The notes under the pieces are model-generated. The model was not told the DNA's origin. It worked only from the letters and a program-made list of their open reading frames with translations, and searched no databases. The position numbers and the translations under genes were made by a program. A stretch of DNA of 16,615 nt from Bacteriovoracaceae bacterium (GTDB taxonomy: Bacteria > Bdellovibrionota > Bacteriovoracia > Bacteriovoracales > Bacteriovoracaceae): positions 1 to 16,615 of the forward strand of contig JBFGZE010000078.1 of NCBI GenBank assembly GCA_041586955.1, in the 5' to 3' direction. Shown here piece by piece: positions 1-8,546 of this stretch (its first letter is position 1; each line of letters opens with the position of its first letter).

Positions 1-194
1 AAATGAGAAAAAGTATCAAGCCTTTTTATTAATTATACGATTATTAATTATAAATTTTGTTGCTCATGAACGATAATGCCATTGCTTAGAGGGTGACAAT
101 TTTTTGTTAAAACCTCATTAAGTTTTCCACAAATCGTTTTTAATTATGTGATCATTTTTTCAACTCTTGGCCCGTCATGCTTAAAGAGTAAACG

Positions 195-665
195 TTAATG
201 AGTTTCTTTGATTTCATTATCGCTATCTTGTGTCTCCATTAAAAAACACGAGCCAATACTCATTTCATGGCCAAGGGACTTACACATATCATATATGGTA
301 AGTGCTGCAATATTCGCTCCGATGAGGGCCTCTATTTCAAAGCCTTTGTGATAATTAGTTTTCACTCGACAACAAATATCGACACTTTCATCTTTCATAT
401 CGAAATCAATTTCAACACTTTCCAAGGGAATATGATAACAAAGAGGAAGAAGTTCTGGTGCCCTTTTGACGGCCATAATGCCGGCGATCCGGGCAATTTC
501 TAAAATATTTCCCATATCAACTTGCCACCCCATATCTTTTAATTGTCGCCAAATAGAGGAGGAAAATGAAATTGTACATGTGGCGGTTGCAAGGTGTGGT
601 GATAGTCTCTTACTCACAATATCTCCCATTGCAGCTTTACCATTTTCGTTCGTATGATTTATCAT
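195..665 (-). CDS. moaC: MoaC-family protein (cyclic pyranopterin monophosphate synthase homologue), divergent
   Basis: MoaC motifs ARIAGIMAVKR, LLPLC, GFEIEAL and AALTIYDMCK. Start moved from the TTG at 677 to the ATG at 665 (MINHTNENG...), which follows GGAGG (671-675, minus strand) and matches the usual MoaC N-terminus; 156 aa. Confidence 0.9.
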   Translation of the reverse strand: MINHTNENGKAAMGDIVSKRLSPHLATATCTISFSSSIWRQLKDMGWQVDMGNILEIARIAGIMAVKRAPELLPLCYHIPLESVEIDFDMKDESVDICCRVKTNYHKGFEIEALIGANIAALTIYDMCKSLGHEMSIGSCFLMETQDSDNEIKETH

Positions 666-1125
666 ATCTTCCTCCAATTTAATTCATAAATTATCTGTTA
701 CGAGCGACCCCCGTCATGGGTATCAATAATAATAATTGCCCTATAATGTCGCATGCGTATTCTTTTGAATTGCCAATTAAAAACCTTCGGTCTTCCTTTA
801 TCAGATAAGGATGTTTGGCCCCATTAATTCCACAAAGAGTAAATATTAATTTTGTCTAAAAGAACATTCTCAAACTATATTTAATTTAAAGTGTTCGCCG
901 ACAAGATTTATGATCATTCATTAATCCAGTTATTAGCAATTATGAGGAAAGGAGTCCTAATCAAGGCATTATAACCTAACCTTCGCACAAAGCGCGCCGC
1001 ATCAACAAGGGCGCCTGCACCGAAATAGGAGCTTACCAAACAGAGAAAAAAGACAAGGATTCTCTGCATAAAATCACGATTTTGCCTTATAATAAAACCA
1101 TATCAATCTGTATCCAGGAGCTTTT

Positions 1126-1614
1126 GTGAAGCAATTGATTTTAACTCTCATTTTTCTACTCAATGCACCCTTTATTTTTGCAAAAACCCAATACCAAATC
1201 CATATCTCACTCTCCCCCGCTGGCTCTTTTGATATCAAAGGAACAAAGGTAAAAGGGAAAATATCAAAAACGGCCGGTGGTTTCCAAGCAAAAATGCTTA
1301 AATTTCCCGTCAAAAAGCTGTCATCTGGTATCGACTTACGAGATAAGCATTTAAAAAAGAAATTGGAGGCAAAAAAGCACCCCTATGTTAAAATTTTAAA
1401 AGCTGTTGGAAAAAAGGGCAAAGGATCTGCAATAATTTCTATTCGCGGTATCCAGAAAAAAATCTCCTTCGTCTATAAGGAGGGAAAAGGCTCATTATCT
1501 CTTTATTTTAAAATCAATTTAAAAGATTTTAAATTTAAAGGAATTAATTATATGGGAGTTGGAGTAAAAGATGTTATCAAAATTAAGGCCCTTTTACCTT
1601 TTTCTGCTTCTTAA
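1126..1614 (+). CDS. Secreted YceI-like (lipid/polyisoprenoid-binding) protein
   Basis: GTG start after AGGAG (1116-1120). Sec-type signal peptide, YceI-type motif SGIDLRDKHL followed by ...HPYV and ...SIRGIQKKI, beta-strand pattern, very Lys-rich. Confidence 0.75.
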   Translation: MKQLILTLIFLLNAPFIFAKTQYQIHISLSPAGSFDIKGTKVKGKISKTAGGFQAKMLKFPVKKLSSGIDLRDKHLKKKLEAKKHPYVKILKAVGKKGKGSAIISIRGIQKKISFVYKEGKGSLSLYFKINLKDFKFKGINYMGVGVKDVIKIKALLPFSAS

Positions 1615-1963
1615 TCTTCTGACCGCCTGCGGTCAGGATTATAATTCCAATTCATTTGATGCCAGTCGCTACTCGGCCTCACGCGCGACAGGCACTCAGC
1701 AGTTTATTAATTTCTACGAGGTCATGTCTGATAAATGCATTTCTTGCCATACAGGTACTCATTCTCATTGGGCCGATTTTATCACCGCTCCTCAATGGCA
1801 AACATCTTGGGAAAGCAATCTCGTCCTCCCTGGCGACCCTTCAAATAGTACGATCGTTTCCCGGCTAAGCGGGTGGTCCCCAGGAGGAGATATGCCCAAA
1901 AACTTTCCAAGTATTTCTGCCTCAGACTATCAGATTATCGTCGATTGGATTAACTCCCTTTAA
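1571..1963 (+). CDS. Lipoprotein monoheme cytochrome c (Planctomycete cytochrome c/PSCyt1-like domain)
   Basis: Lipobox LTA-C, CISCH haem motif, PGDPSNS..VSRL...DMP (candidate distal Met) and a C-terminal IVDWI helix. Overlaps the upstream CDS by 44 nt. Confidence 0.8.
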   Translation: MLSKLRPFYLFLLLNLLTACGQDYNSNSFDASRYSASRATGTQQFINFYEVMSDKCISCHTGTHSHWADFITAPQWQTSWESNLVLPGDPSNSTIVSRLSGWSPGGDMPKNFPSISASDYQIIVDWINSL

Positions 1964-2686
1964 TTAGGGAATAAGCCACCCTGGCGATAAACAAATCGCC
2001 AAAGTGATAACACGCCAAGAATCATCACTGACGAGGATAGCTCTTTTCACTTCCATTAATTTTGCGACATATTCACTAGACGGTATTTGCTTAGGGTAAA
2101 AAAGTCTATATTGCTTTTCTATGCTCGCCGCCGAAACATTAGACGATCGAGTCAGGCCGTTACGGTTGAGGAAAAAATCAATAGTCGCATTTCGGTTAAC
2201 TAAATCCTCACAAACCTTGGTCATCATTCCAGAACGGGCGGTATTAGAATAACTAAACCGGGTGTTATTTGTTTTCAAATCACAATCTTTATCCCGATAA
2301 CGATCACAAATACCTCCAAATAAACTAAGCTTATTTTTAATTTGATCATTGGCGATGGACTCAGACTCCGGCCCAAAAATACTCCTAATTGTACTAGCGA
2401 TATAAAAGCGATCTCCATGGCGAATATCCATCGCTCCAATACTCACATATTTCCCCGGGATAGTACCCTTGCTAGGAGCTGGAGAAGGTTCGCCGCCGCT
2501 CGGGGTGGGTGGTTTTCCAATGGGGGTGGGAGTCTCCCCTAGCGGCGGCCCAAGCTTACCAGGATAATTGGTATCGCCCTCTTCTTCCCTTTCTTTGAGG
2601 TCCTTAAATTTTAAATCTTTTTCACCTGTATCTTCAGGAACACAACTCGCCAGTAAAATGCCCATGAGTAGGATGAACTTAAACAT
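1964..2686 (-). CDS. Hypothetical lipoprotein with Pro/Gly-rich tether; last gene of the DUF1501 operon
   Basis: 240-aa ORF with lipobox LAS-C, low-complexity linker PGKLGPPLGETPTPIGKPPTPSGGEPSPAPS and four further Cys. Overlaps the upstream gene by 8 nt. Confidence 0.8.
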   Translation of the reverse strand: MFKFILLMGILLASCVPEDTGEKDLKFKDLKEREEEGDTNYPGKLGPPLGETPTPIGKPPTPSGGEPSPAPSKGTIPGKYVSIGAMDIRHGDRFYIASTIRSIFGPESESIANDQIKNKLSLFGGICDRYRDKDCDLKTNNTRFSYSNTARSGMMTKVCEDLVNRNATIDFFLNRNGLTRSSNVSAASIEKQYRLFYPKQIPSSEYVAKLMEVKRAILVSDDSWRVITLAICLSPGWLIP

Positions 2687-4316
2687 TTTTAGTCCCTAGG
2701 TTTGTTTTAATGACTCCTTGCTCGTCAAATACCAAACTATCCGAATTCTTCAACGGATTTTTAACTCCAAGTAATGTCGCCGCAGTTGCGATAATATTAC
2801 CAGAGCTTATCTCACGATTGTTTAGCTCAGCAATAGGTGCACTTTCTCCCCAACTCCCCTTATAATTTTGAGAAGTTGTGGCCTGGCAATTTCCTATAAT
2901 TATATTTTGATTGATCTTGCCACTTATGAAGGAATTGCAAGAGCCATTCCAACCATGATCTGACCCTTTACCATCACTTTTGGCCGAGCGATTAAAATCC
3001 CCATGAACACGAATAACGGTATCCTTAAAAGTTCCCTGCGCCTTTAAAGTATTAATTAATTCGTTAAGGCAGCCCCCCATCGCTTGATAATATTTTGAAA
3101 AATAATACAAAGTAGGAATAGCTCCCGATTCGTGAGAATCATTACCAAAACTTACGGTTTTACTCTGACCATTATTAAATGAAGAATTTATAGCAAGGCC
3201 ATATAAATTTCCAAGACCAATCGTCATAGCATTTGATAATTTCTCTTTGAGAATAAATTCTGTCGTGGCAAATCCTTCAACTAGGCCCGTAATGATAGGA
3301 CTCTCTTTTAAGGTTGTTCTTAGATCCATGCCATCGGGTACGGCATTATAATCGCTTCCGAGAATACGTATGCCCGCCAAATTATAATATTCGGGCGGGA
3401 TTCCTGCAATATTCCCTTTAGTAAGAAACTCCCCTTCATCAACTCCGGAACCTATGTTAAAACGAGAATCTGTAAGCGCGTCCTTCATTATTGCTGCATA
3501 TTTTGCTGTTAATTTGCTATAGACTTCGCCAAGATCGCCAAATTGGCGCTTAAACATCTGCTTGGCCAGGAGTCGATCTTTAAAAATTGATTTGTATTTT
3601 AACTCTCTGGCGTCGACATTTTTTTCTAGGATAGACATCGCCTGGTCGATTAAGTCTTCACTTGCGCCCCCATTAAAAGAGCGTCCATTTTTCCAATTAA
3701 AAGGGTTTAATAAATTTAAAATGGGATTTCGACCGCCAATAACTGACATACCAATCCCGGTTCCAGAGAGAAAAGGAATATTTTTAAATGACGTCGCTGG
3801 AATGGGTCGGTTTGAAACATCGGCCAATAGGCCTGATAAAGTTAAGGTACCGGCGATGGGTTGATACTCACGGATGGCATTGACGCCGTGTCCATCACTA
3901 CCAGTATTGACCCCTCTAATCATAAGCATATGCTGCAAAAAATTATCCATACGTGCAGTTTGCCCATTTGAAGTGGGAATTAAAGCATCCCATAAACGCG
4001 GGACAAAAAACTCCCCCTTTTTAATATGCTGATACTCTCCTCGATTCGTCGATTCGCTAAAAGACGTAATCGCCGTTGTGTTTTGAACAAAGGGATCATT
4101 GCCGTTTGGGTTTAAGGGAAGATCAAACATCCAACGCGCTGGCCCTCCACTCATATATATATTAACAAGATTGGAAGCAAAATCACTTCCCATTGCCTGA
4201 GCATAGGTTTTATTTATAAAGGAGGTCAATAAGATCCCAATTGGTCCACACTGGGAAAGCGCAATAGGAGACATTCCCATATAGGACAACAAAGTCCTGC
4301 GGTTTATTTTTTTCAT
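2679..4316 (-). CDS. Tat-exported DUF1501-family protein (putative metalloenzyme, alkaline-phosphatase/sulfatase-like)
   Basis: Twin-arginine signal INRRTLL. DUF1501-like motifs IYMSGGP..MFD, DGH, NDSH (cf. WDTH), DTVIRVHGDFNRS (cf. GEFGRT) and GSDH. Start overlaps the upstream stop (TAATG at 4314-4318). Confidence 0.8.
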   Translation of the reverse strand: MKKINRRTLLSYMGMSPIALSQCGPIGILLTSFINKTYAQAMGSDFASNLVNIYMSGGPARWMFDLPLNPNGNDPFVQNTTAITSFSESTNRGEYQHIKKGEFFVPRLWDALIPTSNGQTARMDNFLQHMLMIRGVNTGSDGHGVNAIREYQPIAGTLTLSGLLADVSNRPIPATSFKNIPFLSGTGIGMSVIGGRNPILNLLNPFNWKNGRSFNGGASEDLIDQAMSILEKNVDARELKYKSIFKDRLLAKQMFKRQFGDLGEVYSKLTAKYAAIMKDALTDSRFNIGSGVDEGEFLTKGNIAGIPPEYYNLAGIRILGSDYNAVPDGMDLRTTLKESPIITGLVEGFATTEFILKEKLSNAMTIGLGNLYGLAINSSFNNGQSKTVSFGNDSHESGAIPTLYYFSKYYQAMGGCLNELINTLKAQGTFKDTVIRVHGDFNRSAKSDGKGSDHGWNGSCNSFISGKINQNIIIGNCQATTSQNYKGSWGESAPIAELNNREISSGNIIATAATLLGVKNPLKNSDSLVFDEQGVIKTNLGTKNV

Positions 4317-6037
4317 TACTCTACCCCTAGGCCAGGCCGATAGAAACTTTTCGAATTGATAATTTGCCTTATCAATTCCTTAAGACTTTGATGCTTTTTT
4401 AATTCGCGGCCTAGTTTAATAATATGGTCGCGGTATTCAATTTCTTTTGCGCTTAAAGTTGCGGCACTAGGATTGTCTAAATCGTCGAGGTTAACTTTAA
4501 TGCCTGTTAAAAAATGATAGTAACGCGAAGCTGTGCAAGCATAGACATCATCAAGTTGCATTATGACCTGCCCTAACTCCTCAAGGCCCTCAAAGCTTTC
4601 ATCAATCAAGGTCCCATCGATTGTCCTCATAAAGAGGCGCCCATTGGCCGGCCTTTTATGGAAATCCTGATCCTTTTCTGGCCATTCCGTGAGATCTTCG
4701 GCATTCATAGAAGTTTTAAATTGATGCAAATAATGTATTTTTAAATTAGCGCCAATAAGGCCATTATTACCTTCTGTATAATTAACTCTTAATTTACGAA
4801 AACCACGCGCCAAGGGATCAATACTAGAATGACAACGCATGCAAGAGTTGCCATTTCTAAAAGGAAGCCTACTCGATAGAGAAGGGTGAACAAAAGGAAC
4901 TTCATCTCCTGGTCGTACTAAAGGTAATTCTCGGCAGAAAAATTGTTGGAATAGATTTTTACTTAAAGTCCGCATCAAAATCCTCCCGCCATCACTATTA
5001 CGGCCAATATGCGCTCCAGCACTCATTAAAATATTGGCAGGGTCGCCTAAAACGCCTCCCCCAAAGCCTTTAAAGATACTTTGGGGATCCTCTTCAATAT
5101 TACCGTTACTTATATTGCGAACACGATTGAATATATAATCTTTTTTGGCCGAGACCCCAACAATCTCGCCCTCCTGGATTCGCTCAATGGTATTCCCCTG
5201 TGCTATTTGCGATTGATCCGCTTTATAAAAAACACGATTCCCATCTTTTAGTCTTTGCGCCTTCACCGAAGTTGTGCCACTAAAAATATTTTTAAAAACG
5301 CCCTCAGAAAATAAGTTTTGAGTAAAATAAAGGGCGGGAGAGACCTCATCAAAAATAGAATTGGTTAGCTCATTATCCGTATTTTTCTCTAAATCTCGAG
5401 AGGGAAACCAAGTCGCGTGAAAATCATTAAATGTTTTAATAATTTCTTTTCCCTCAAGATCAGAGCCAACCTCGCCAGTTGATCCTTTTAAATTGGCCTT
5501 TGCCAACAAATCCATACAGGCGTCACTTGCTGTTATTTCTTTATTCTCTATTTGAGTTATATAGGTGTTGTTTTCATTTAATATTTTGCGCGTAAATTGG
5601 GAATAACAACGGTTAAAAATTAATAATTGACCGGCAATAGAATTTGAGTCGCTGCCTAAATCTATTTCACCATCACTCCTGCCACCTGAATCATTCCCAC
5701 CTCCACTATTAGCAGGTAAATTGGTAATATAAGACTTGAGGTAATTAAAATCATCGCTTGATAAAGGAGCCGCTCCTAAGGGCATATTGCCACCAGCATT
5801 TTTTATTCTCTGAATAAAATATGAAGTCTCCCCATCTCCCACTGTGATATAACCACTATTGCGCCACTTCTCATCGGTATCAAGGGACTTAAAATCACCA
5901 GTACGAGAGCCCTCCCCATGGCAGCTTATACAAGAGTTATTCTGGAGAATTATTTGGACATGATTTACATCTTCTGCTTGAGTTCTGCCCAACAGACCTA
6001 TTAAAAAAATTATTATAGTCCCCTTTGTAAATAGCAT
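4316..6037 (-). CDS. Exported diheme cytochrome c: N-terminal PSCyt1-like domain, C-terminal DUF1588/DUF1585-like region
   Basis: Signal peptide, CISCH...GNMP domain, Gly/Ser/Asn/Asp linker, second motif CMRCHSSIDPLARGF (cf. DUF1588 CxxCHxxIDPxG) and C-terminal YACTASRYYHFLTG...LKELIRQIINSKSF (DUF1585-like). ATG 6037 preferred over 6067 because it follows GGAGGAGG. Confidence 0.78.
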   Translation of the reverse strand: MLFTKGTIIIFLIGLLGRTQAEDVNHVQIILQNNSCISCHGEGSRTGDFKSLDTDEKWRNSGYITVGDGETSYFIQRIKNAGGNMPLGAAPLSSDDFNYLKSYITNLPANSGGGNDSGGRSDGEIDLGSDSNSIAGQLLIFNRCYSQFTRKILNENNTYITQIENKEITASDACMDLLAKANLKGSTGEVGSDLEGKEIIKTFNDFHATWFPSRDLEKNTDNELTNSIFDEVSPALYFTQNLFSEGVFKNIFSGTTSVKAQRLKDGNRVFYKADQSQIAQGNTIERIQEGEIVGVSAKKDYIFNRVRNISNGNIEEDPQSIFKGFGGGVLGDPANILMSAGAHIGRNSDGGRILMRTLSKNLFQQFFCRELPLVRPGDEVPFVHPSLSSRLPFRNGNSCMRCHSSIDPLARGFRKLRVNYTEGNNGLIGANLKIHYLHQFKTSMNAEDLTEWPEKDQDFHKRPANGRLFMRTIDGTLIDESFEGLEELGQVIMQLDDVYACTASRYYHFLTGIKVNLDDLDNPSAATLSAKEIEYRDHIIKLGRELKKHQSLKELIRQIINSKSFYRPGLGVE

Positions 6038-6315
6038 GGCCTCCTCCCTAAGCCTCTTTAAAGGCATTATTAGCCTTTCGGCATCGGACGATTTTAAAAA
6101 ACTTAAGAAATTTGTCCTAGAATTTAACTTTTAGTTAATAAAGAAATGCACCTTTTCTCTAGGAGAAGATCCCAAAAGAAACTATTGGCAAACAATTAAA
6201 ATAAACAAGAGAGGTTGCCGATTTGAAAGGATTTCACAAGAAACAAGTCTAGCTTAACCAGATCATAATTCAAACTGCTCGATTAAACAGACTAATAAGT
6301 TTTACTTCAGTAATT

Positions 6316-7374
6316 TCAAAATCCATAGAGCATACCAAGATGCCATAAGCTCGATTCCATTGAAGTCATGCGGCCAAAAGAGAATTCTAGGCCAAAATGA
6401 GACCCAAACATCCAGCGGGAAATAAGAGAAAGGCCAATACCATAGCGGAATGTATTTTTAAACTTAAAACCTGTTGGCGCCGTGAAATTCCCTTGCCTAA
6501 ACATCAAGGGAAACTCTAGTCCAAAGGCCGTTCTTCCCCCATTAAATTTCCACATCGTACCTGGTATAAAAGCATAAGCTCCAACGCCAACGCCATCTTG
6601 AAAATAAGAGATATTGGTTTGTTCCGACTGAACCCCCGCAGCGCCATACATGTAATGGAAAGCAAAATGATAGGAGAAATAATAATTCTGTACTTCATAG
6701 GCCAGACCAAAGTCCATCACACGGGCGGAAGAAATCAAGAGATTATCAGAGTCGTCAGATTCACGAATCAGATGTAACTTCCCCTTATACATACGCTGGC
6801 CTAAACGAATAACATAGTGACCCTTTTGCCTTTTTCGCTTCTCTTCTTCTTCAAAAGCTTCCAATGCCTCTTCTAATTCATCCAGACGATCTTCATTCTT
6901 CTCATCGAGAACTTGTAAGAGATTGACTTGGCGGTAGAATTTCCGCCGCGCTTTCCTCATCTGGCCAGGCTTATATCGGTGATAATTTTGCTTATAAATT
7001 TCAAAAAGTAATTGCGACTGGGCCAAAAGAGTATTGAGAAAAGGTCGAGTGAGTTTTCCTCGAATTTTCTTTTTTAATTCGAGCATGCGTCGAACCTCTC
7101 GGTATTCCCTCTTATGAAAAGTCATCATAAGCTTGCCATAAACGAGGTAGGCTTCGGCAAATCGCTTTCTCTTAGTTAGGACTAAAGCGAGGTTTTTCAG
7201 TTGCCGTGGCCGATAAGAACGCCAGGGTCTACCAATTCGCTTTATACGGTAAGAAAATTCTTTATAATCTTTGGTATGGAGGAGATCTCGCAATTTAAAA
7301 ATAGATTTGGCGTTAAGAGCTGTTCCTCCCCAGACCAATATAAGAATAAGGTAAATCCATTTTCTTAAAACCAT
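6316..7374 (-). CDS. Hypothetical exported protein: basic helical N-domain, acidic linker, C-terminal outer-membrane beta-barrel
   Basis: 352-aa ORF with signal peptide, Arg/Lys-rich helical region, EELEEALEAFEEEEKRKR linker, aromatic/Gly alternating strands and C-terminal LGMLYGF (beta-signal-like). Overlaps the upstream gene by 10 nt. Confidence 0.7.
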   Translation of the reverse strand: MVLRKWIYLILILVWGGTALNAKSIFKLRDLLHTKDYKEFSYRIKRIGRPWRSYRPRQLKNLALVLTKRKRFAEAYLVYGKLMMTFHKREYREVRRMLELKKKIRGKLTRPFLNTLLAQSQLLFEIYKQNYHRYKPGQMRKARRKFYRQVNLLQVLDEKNEDRLDELEEALEAFEEEEKRKRQKGHYVIRLGQRMYKGKLHLIRESDDSDNLLISSARVMDFGLAYEVQNYYFSYHFAFHYMYGAAGVQSEQTNISYFQDGVGVGAYAFIPGTMWKFNGGRTAFGLEFPLMFRQGNFTAPTGFKFKNTFRYGIGLSLISRWMFGSHFGLEFSFGRMTSMESSLWHLGMLYGF

Positions 7375-8516
7375 AAATGCAATTGCCCCATGATAGTCCA
7401 GCGGTCCTGGACCACACTCGTTTCACTAAAATTGCGCGTATTGGTAACTTCGACTCGTCCCTCTAAACGTTGCATTGGAAAAAATTGAAAGCCCGGAGAC
7501 ACGCGCATCACGTAATCGGTCAACTCCGTGTCTGGCATCATATATTCAACTGTAGTCATATAATAAAGGCCACGCGCAAGCATAAAATGACTTTGAATAA
7601 AGGCATAACGACTTGCAAACTCAGAATTGCGCAAAGGCGCCGTTTTATTAGCTTGCCCCAACTCCATCATCAAGGAAAAGCCTTTACCAAATCCCTTTTT
7701 CATATGAAGAGCGTAATTAAAATTTTCAAGAAAGGTTGAGGCCGAGGAAAGAAGAGAAAGGCCAACCTTAGTTTCTGAATCAACTAAAAACTCGCCCTTG
7801 AAGCTATAGCCTTTTTGCCGTAAGGCCGCATCCTGAGTCAGATTCCCAAAGAAATACTGAAGGCCAGTTTCAAATCTTCCATAATTGAAATGGCCCATAA
7901 TAGCGTAGGTTTGATCGTTCATGGTATTTTCAGTCAAAATTCGGCCATAGGCGATATGATCCGGATGGCGGATCCCATAGACTTTATCCATAAGACCAAT
8001 ATAAGCTCCCATATTGGTATTTGGTCTTAGGCCAAGGTAATGCTCACGAGAGCGATAAGTCTTATGAATGCCATTCTCATCGCTTAATGGTTTTGGCGCA
8101 TAACCAGCGCTGGCAACAATAATATACTTATCTTTTTCACCCAGTCTCATAACAGCGTTCACATTGGCCATCATATTGATCCATTGCGACTCCTCTGTCT
8201 CACGGCCGGGGTTGGTTCTGAGAAAAAGGCCACGGTAATTGGCGGAGGGTTTAAACCATTTTGGCAAATCACCTTTGCCCATAAGGAAATTGGAGGATTT
8301 TCCCAATTCTTCGTCACTCGTTCCGGGAGCGAACCAACGACCGGAAATCGCCACAGCTGAAACAGCACGCCCATAATCATTCAGAGGTCCATTACCATAG
8401 GGATTATAATGGCAAGTCAAACAGGCACTATAGCCGTGACCAATAAAATTAGGATAGGCCAAAAATGAGCGATTTAGCAAAATCCCGATGAATAAGAAAA
8501 ATAAGGCCTTAAGCAT
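7365..8516 (-). CDS. Cytochrome c-porin fusion (N-terminal CxxCH plus outer-membrane beta-barrel), Cyc2-like architecture
   Basis: Signal peptide ending FLA, then YPNFIGHGYSACLTCHYNPYGNGPLNDYGR (CLTCH at 8409-8423). The remainder is amphipathic beta-strands ending in QLHLWF. Confidence 0.75.
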   Translation of the reverse strand: MLKALFFLFIGILLNRSFLAYPNFIGHGYSACLTCHYNPYGNGPLNDYGRAVSAVAISGRWFAPGTSDEELGKSSNFLMGKGDLPKWFKPSANYRGLFLRTNPGRETEESQWINMMANVNAVMRLGEKDKYIIVASAGYAPKPLSDENGIHKTYRSREHYLGLRPNTNMGAYIGLMDKVYGIRHPDHIAYGRILTENTMNDQTYAIMGHFNYGRFETGLQYFFGNLTQDAALRQKGYSFKGEFLVDSETKVGLSLLSSASTFLENFNYALHMKKGFGKGFSLMMELGQANKTAPLRNSEFASRYAFIQSHFMLARGLYYMTTVEYMMPDTELTDYVMRVSPGFQFFPMQRLEGRVEVTNTRNFSETSVVQDRWTIMGQLHLWF

Positions 8517-8528
8517 AATAAAATGTTA

Positions 8529-8546
8529 ACTAAATTTGTATTTAGT
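8529..8546. promoter_or_regulatory. 7-4-7 inverted repeat in a divergent promoter region; possible operator
   Basis: ACTAAAT-TTGT-ATTTAGT within the 87-bp gap between divergent genes (8517-8603). The AT-rich context makes chance occurrence possible. Confidence 0.3.

Noticed and set aside
27..51. Direct repeat TATTAATTAT x2 at the left edge
   Set aside because: Low-complexity AT sequence with only two copies. It is not CRISPR-like, and its context is cut by the window edge.
666..1125. Moco/Wco or c-di-GMP riboswitch, or an sRNA, in the long moaC-yceI intergenic region (GC-richer patches near 700-722 and 980-1025; GGAAAGGAG near 946)
   Set aside because: I could not build the conserved stems or motifs on the moaC (minus) strand, and GGAAAGGAG is on the wrong strand. 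An Infernal/Rfam scan would be decisive.
6038..6067. Longer N-terminus (MPLKRLREEA) from the ORF track
   Set aside because: The extension spans a strong GGAGGAGG RBS positioned for the ATG at 6037. The same reasoning applies to the moaC TTG at 677.
6222..6239. Rex-like operator (TTTGAAA-GGAT-TTCACAA) upstream of the cytochrome operon
   Set aside because: Only one half-site matches TTGTGAA-N4-TTCACAA well, which is too weak in AT-rich DNA.
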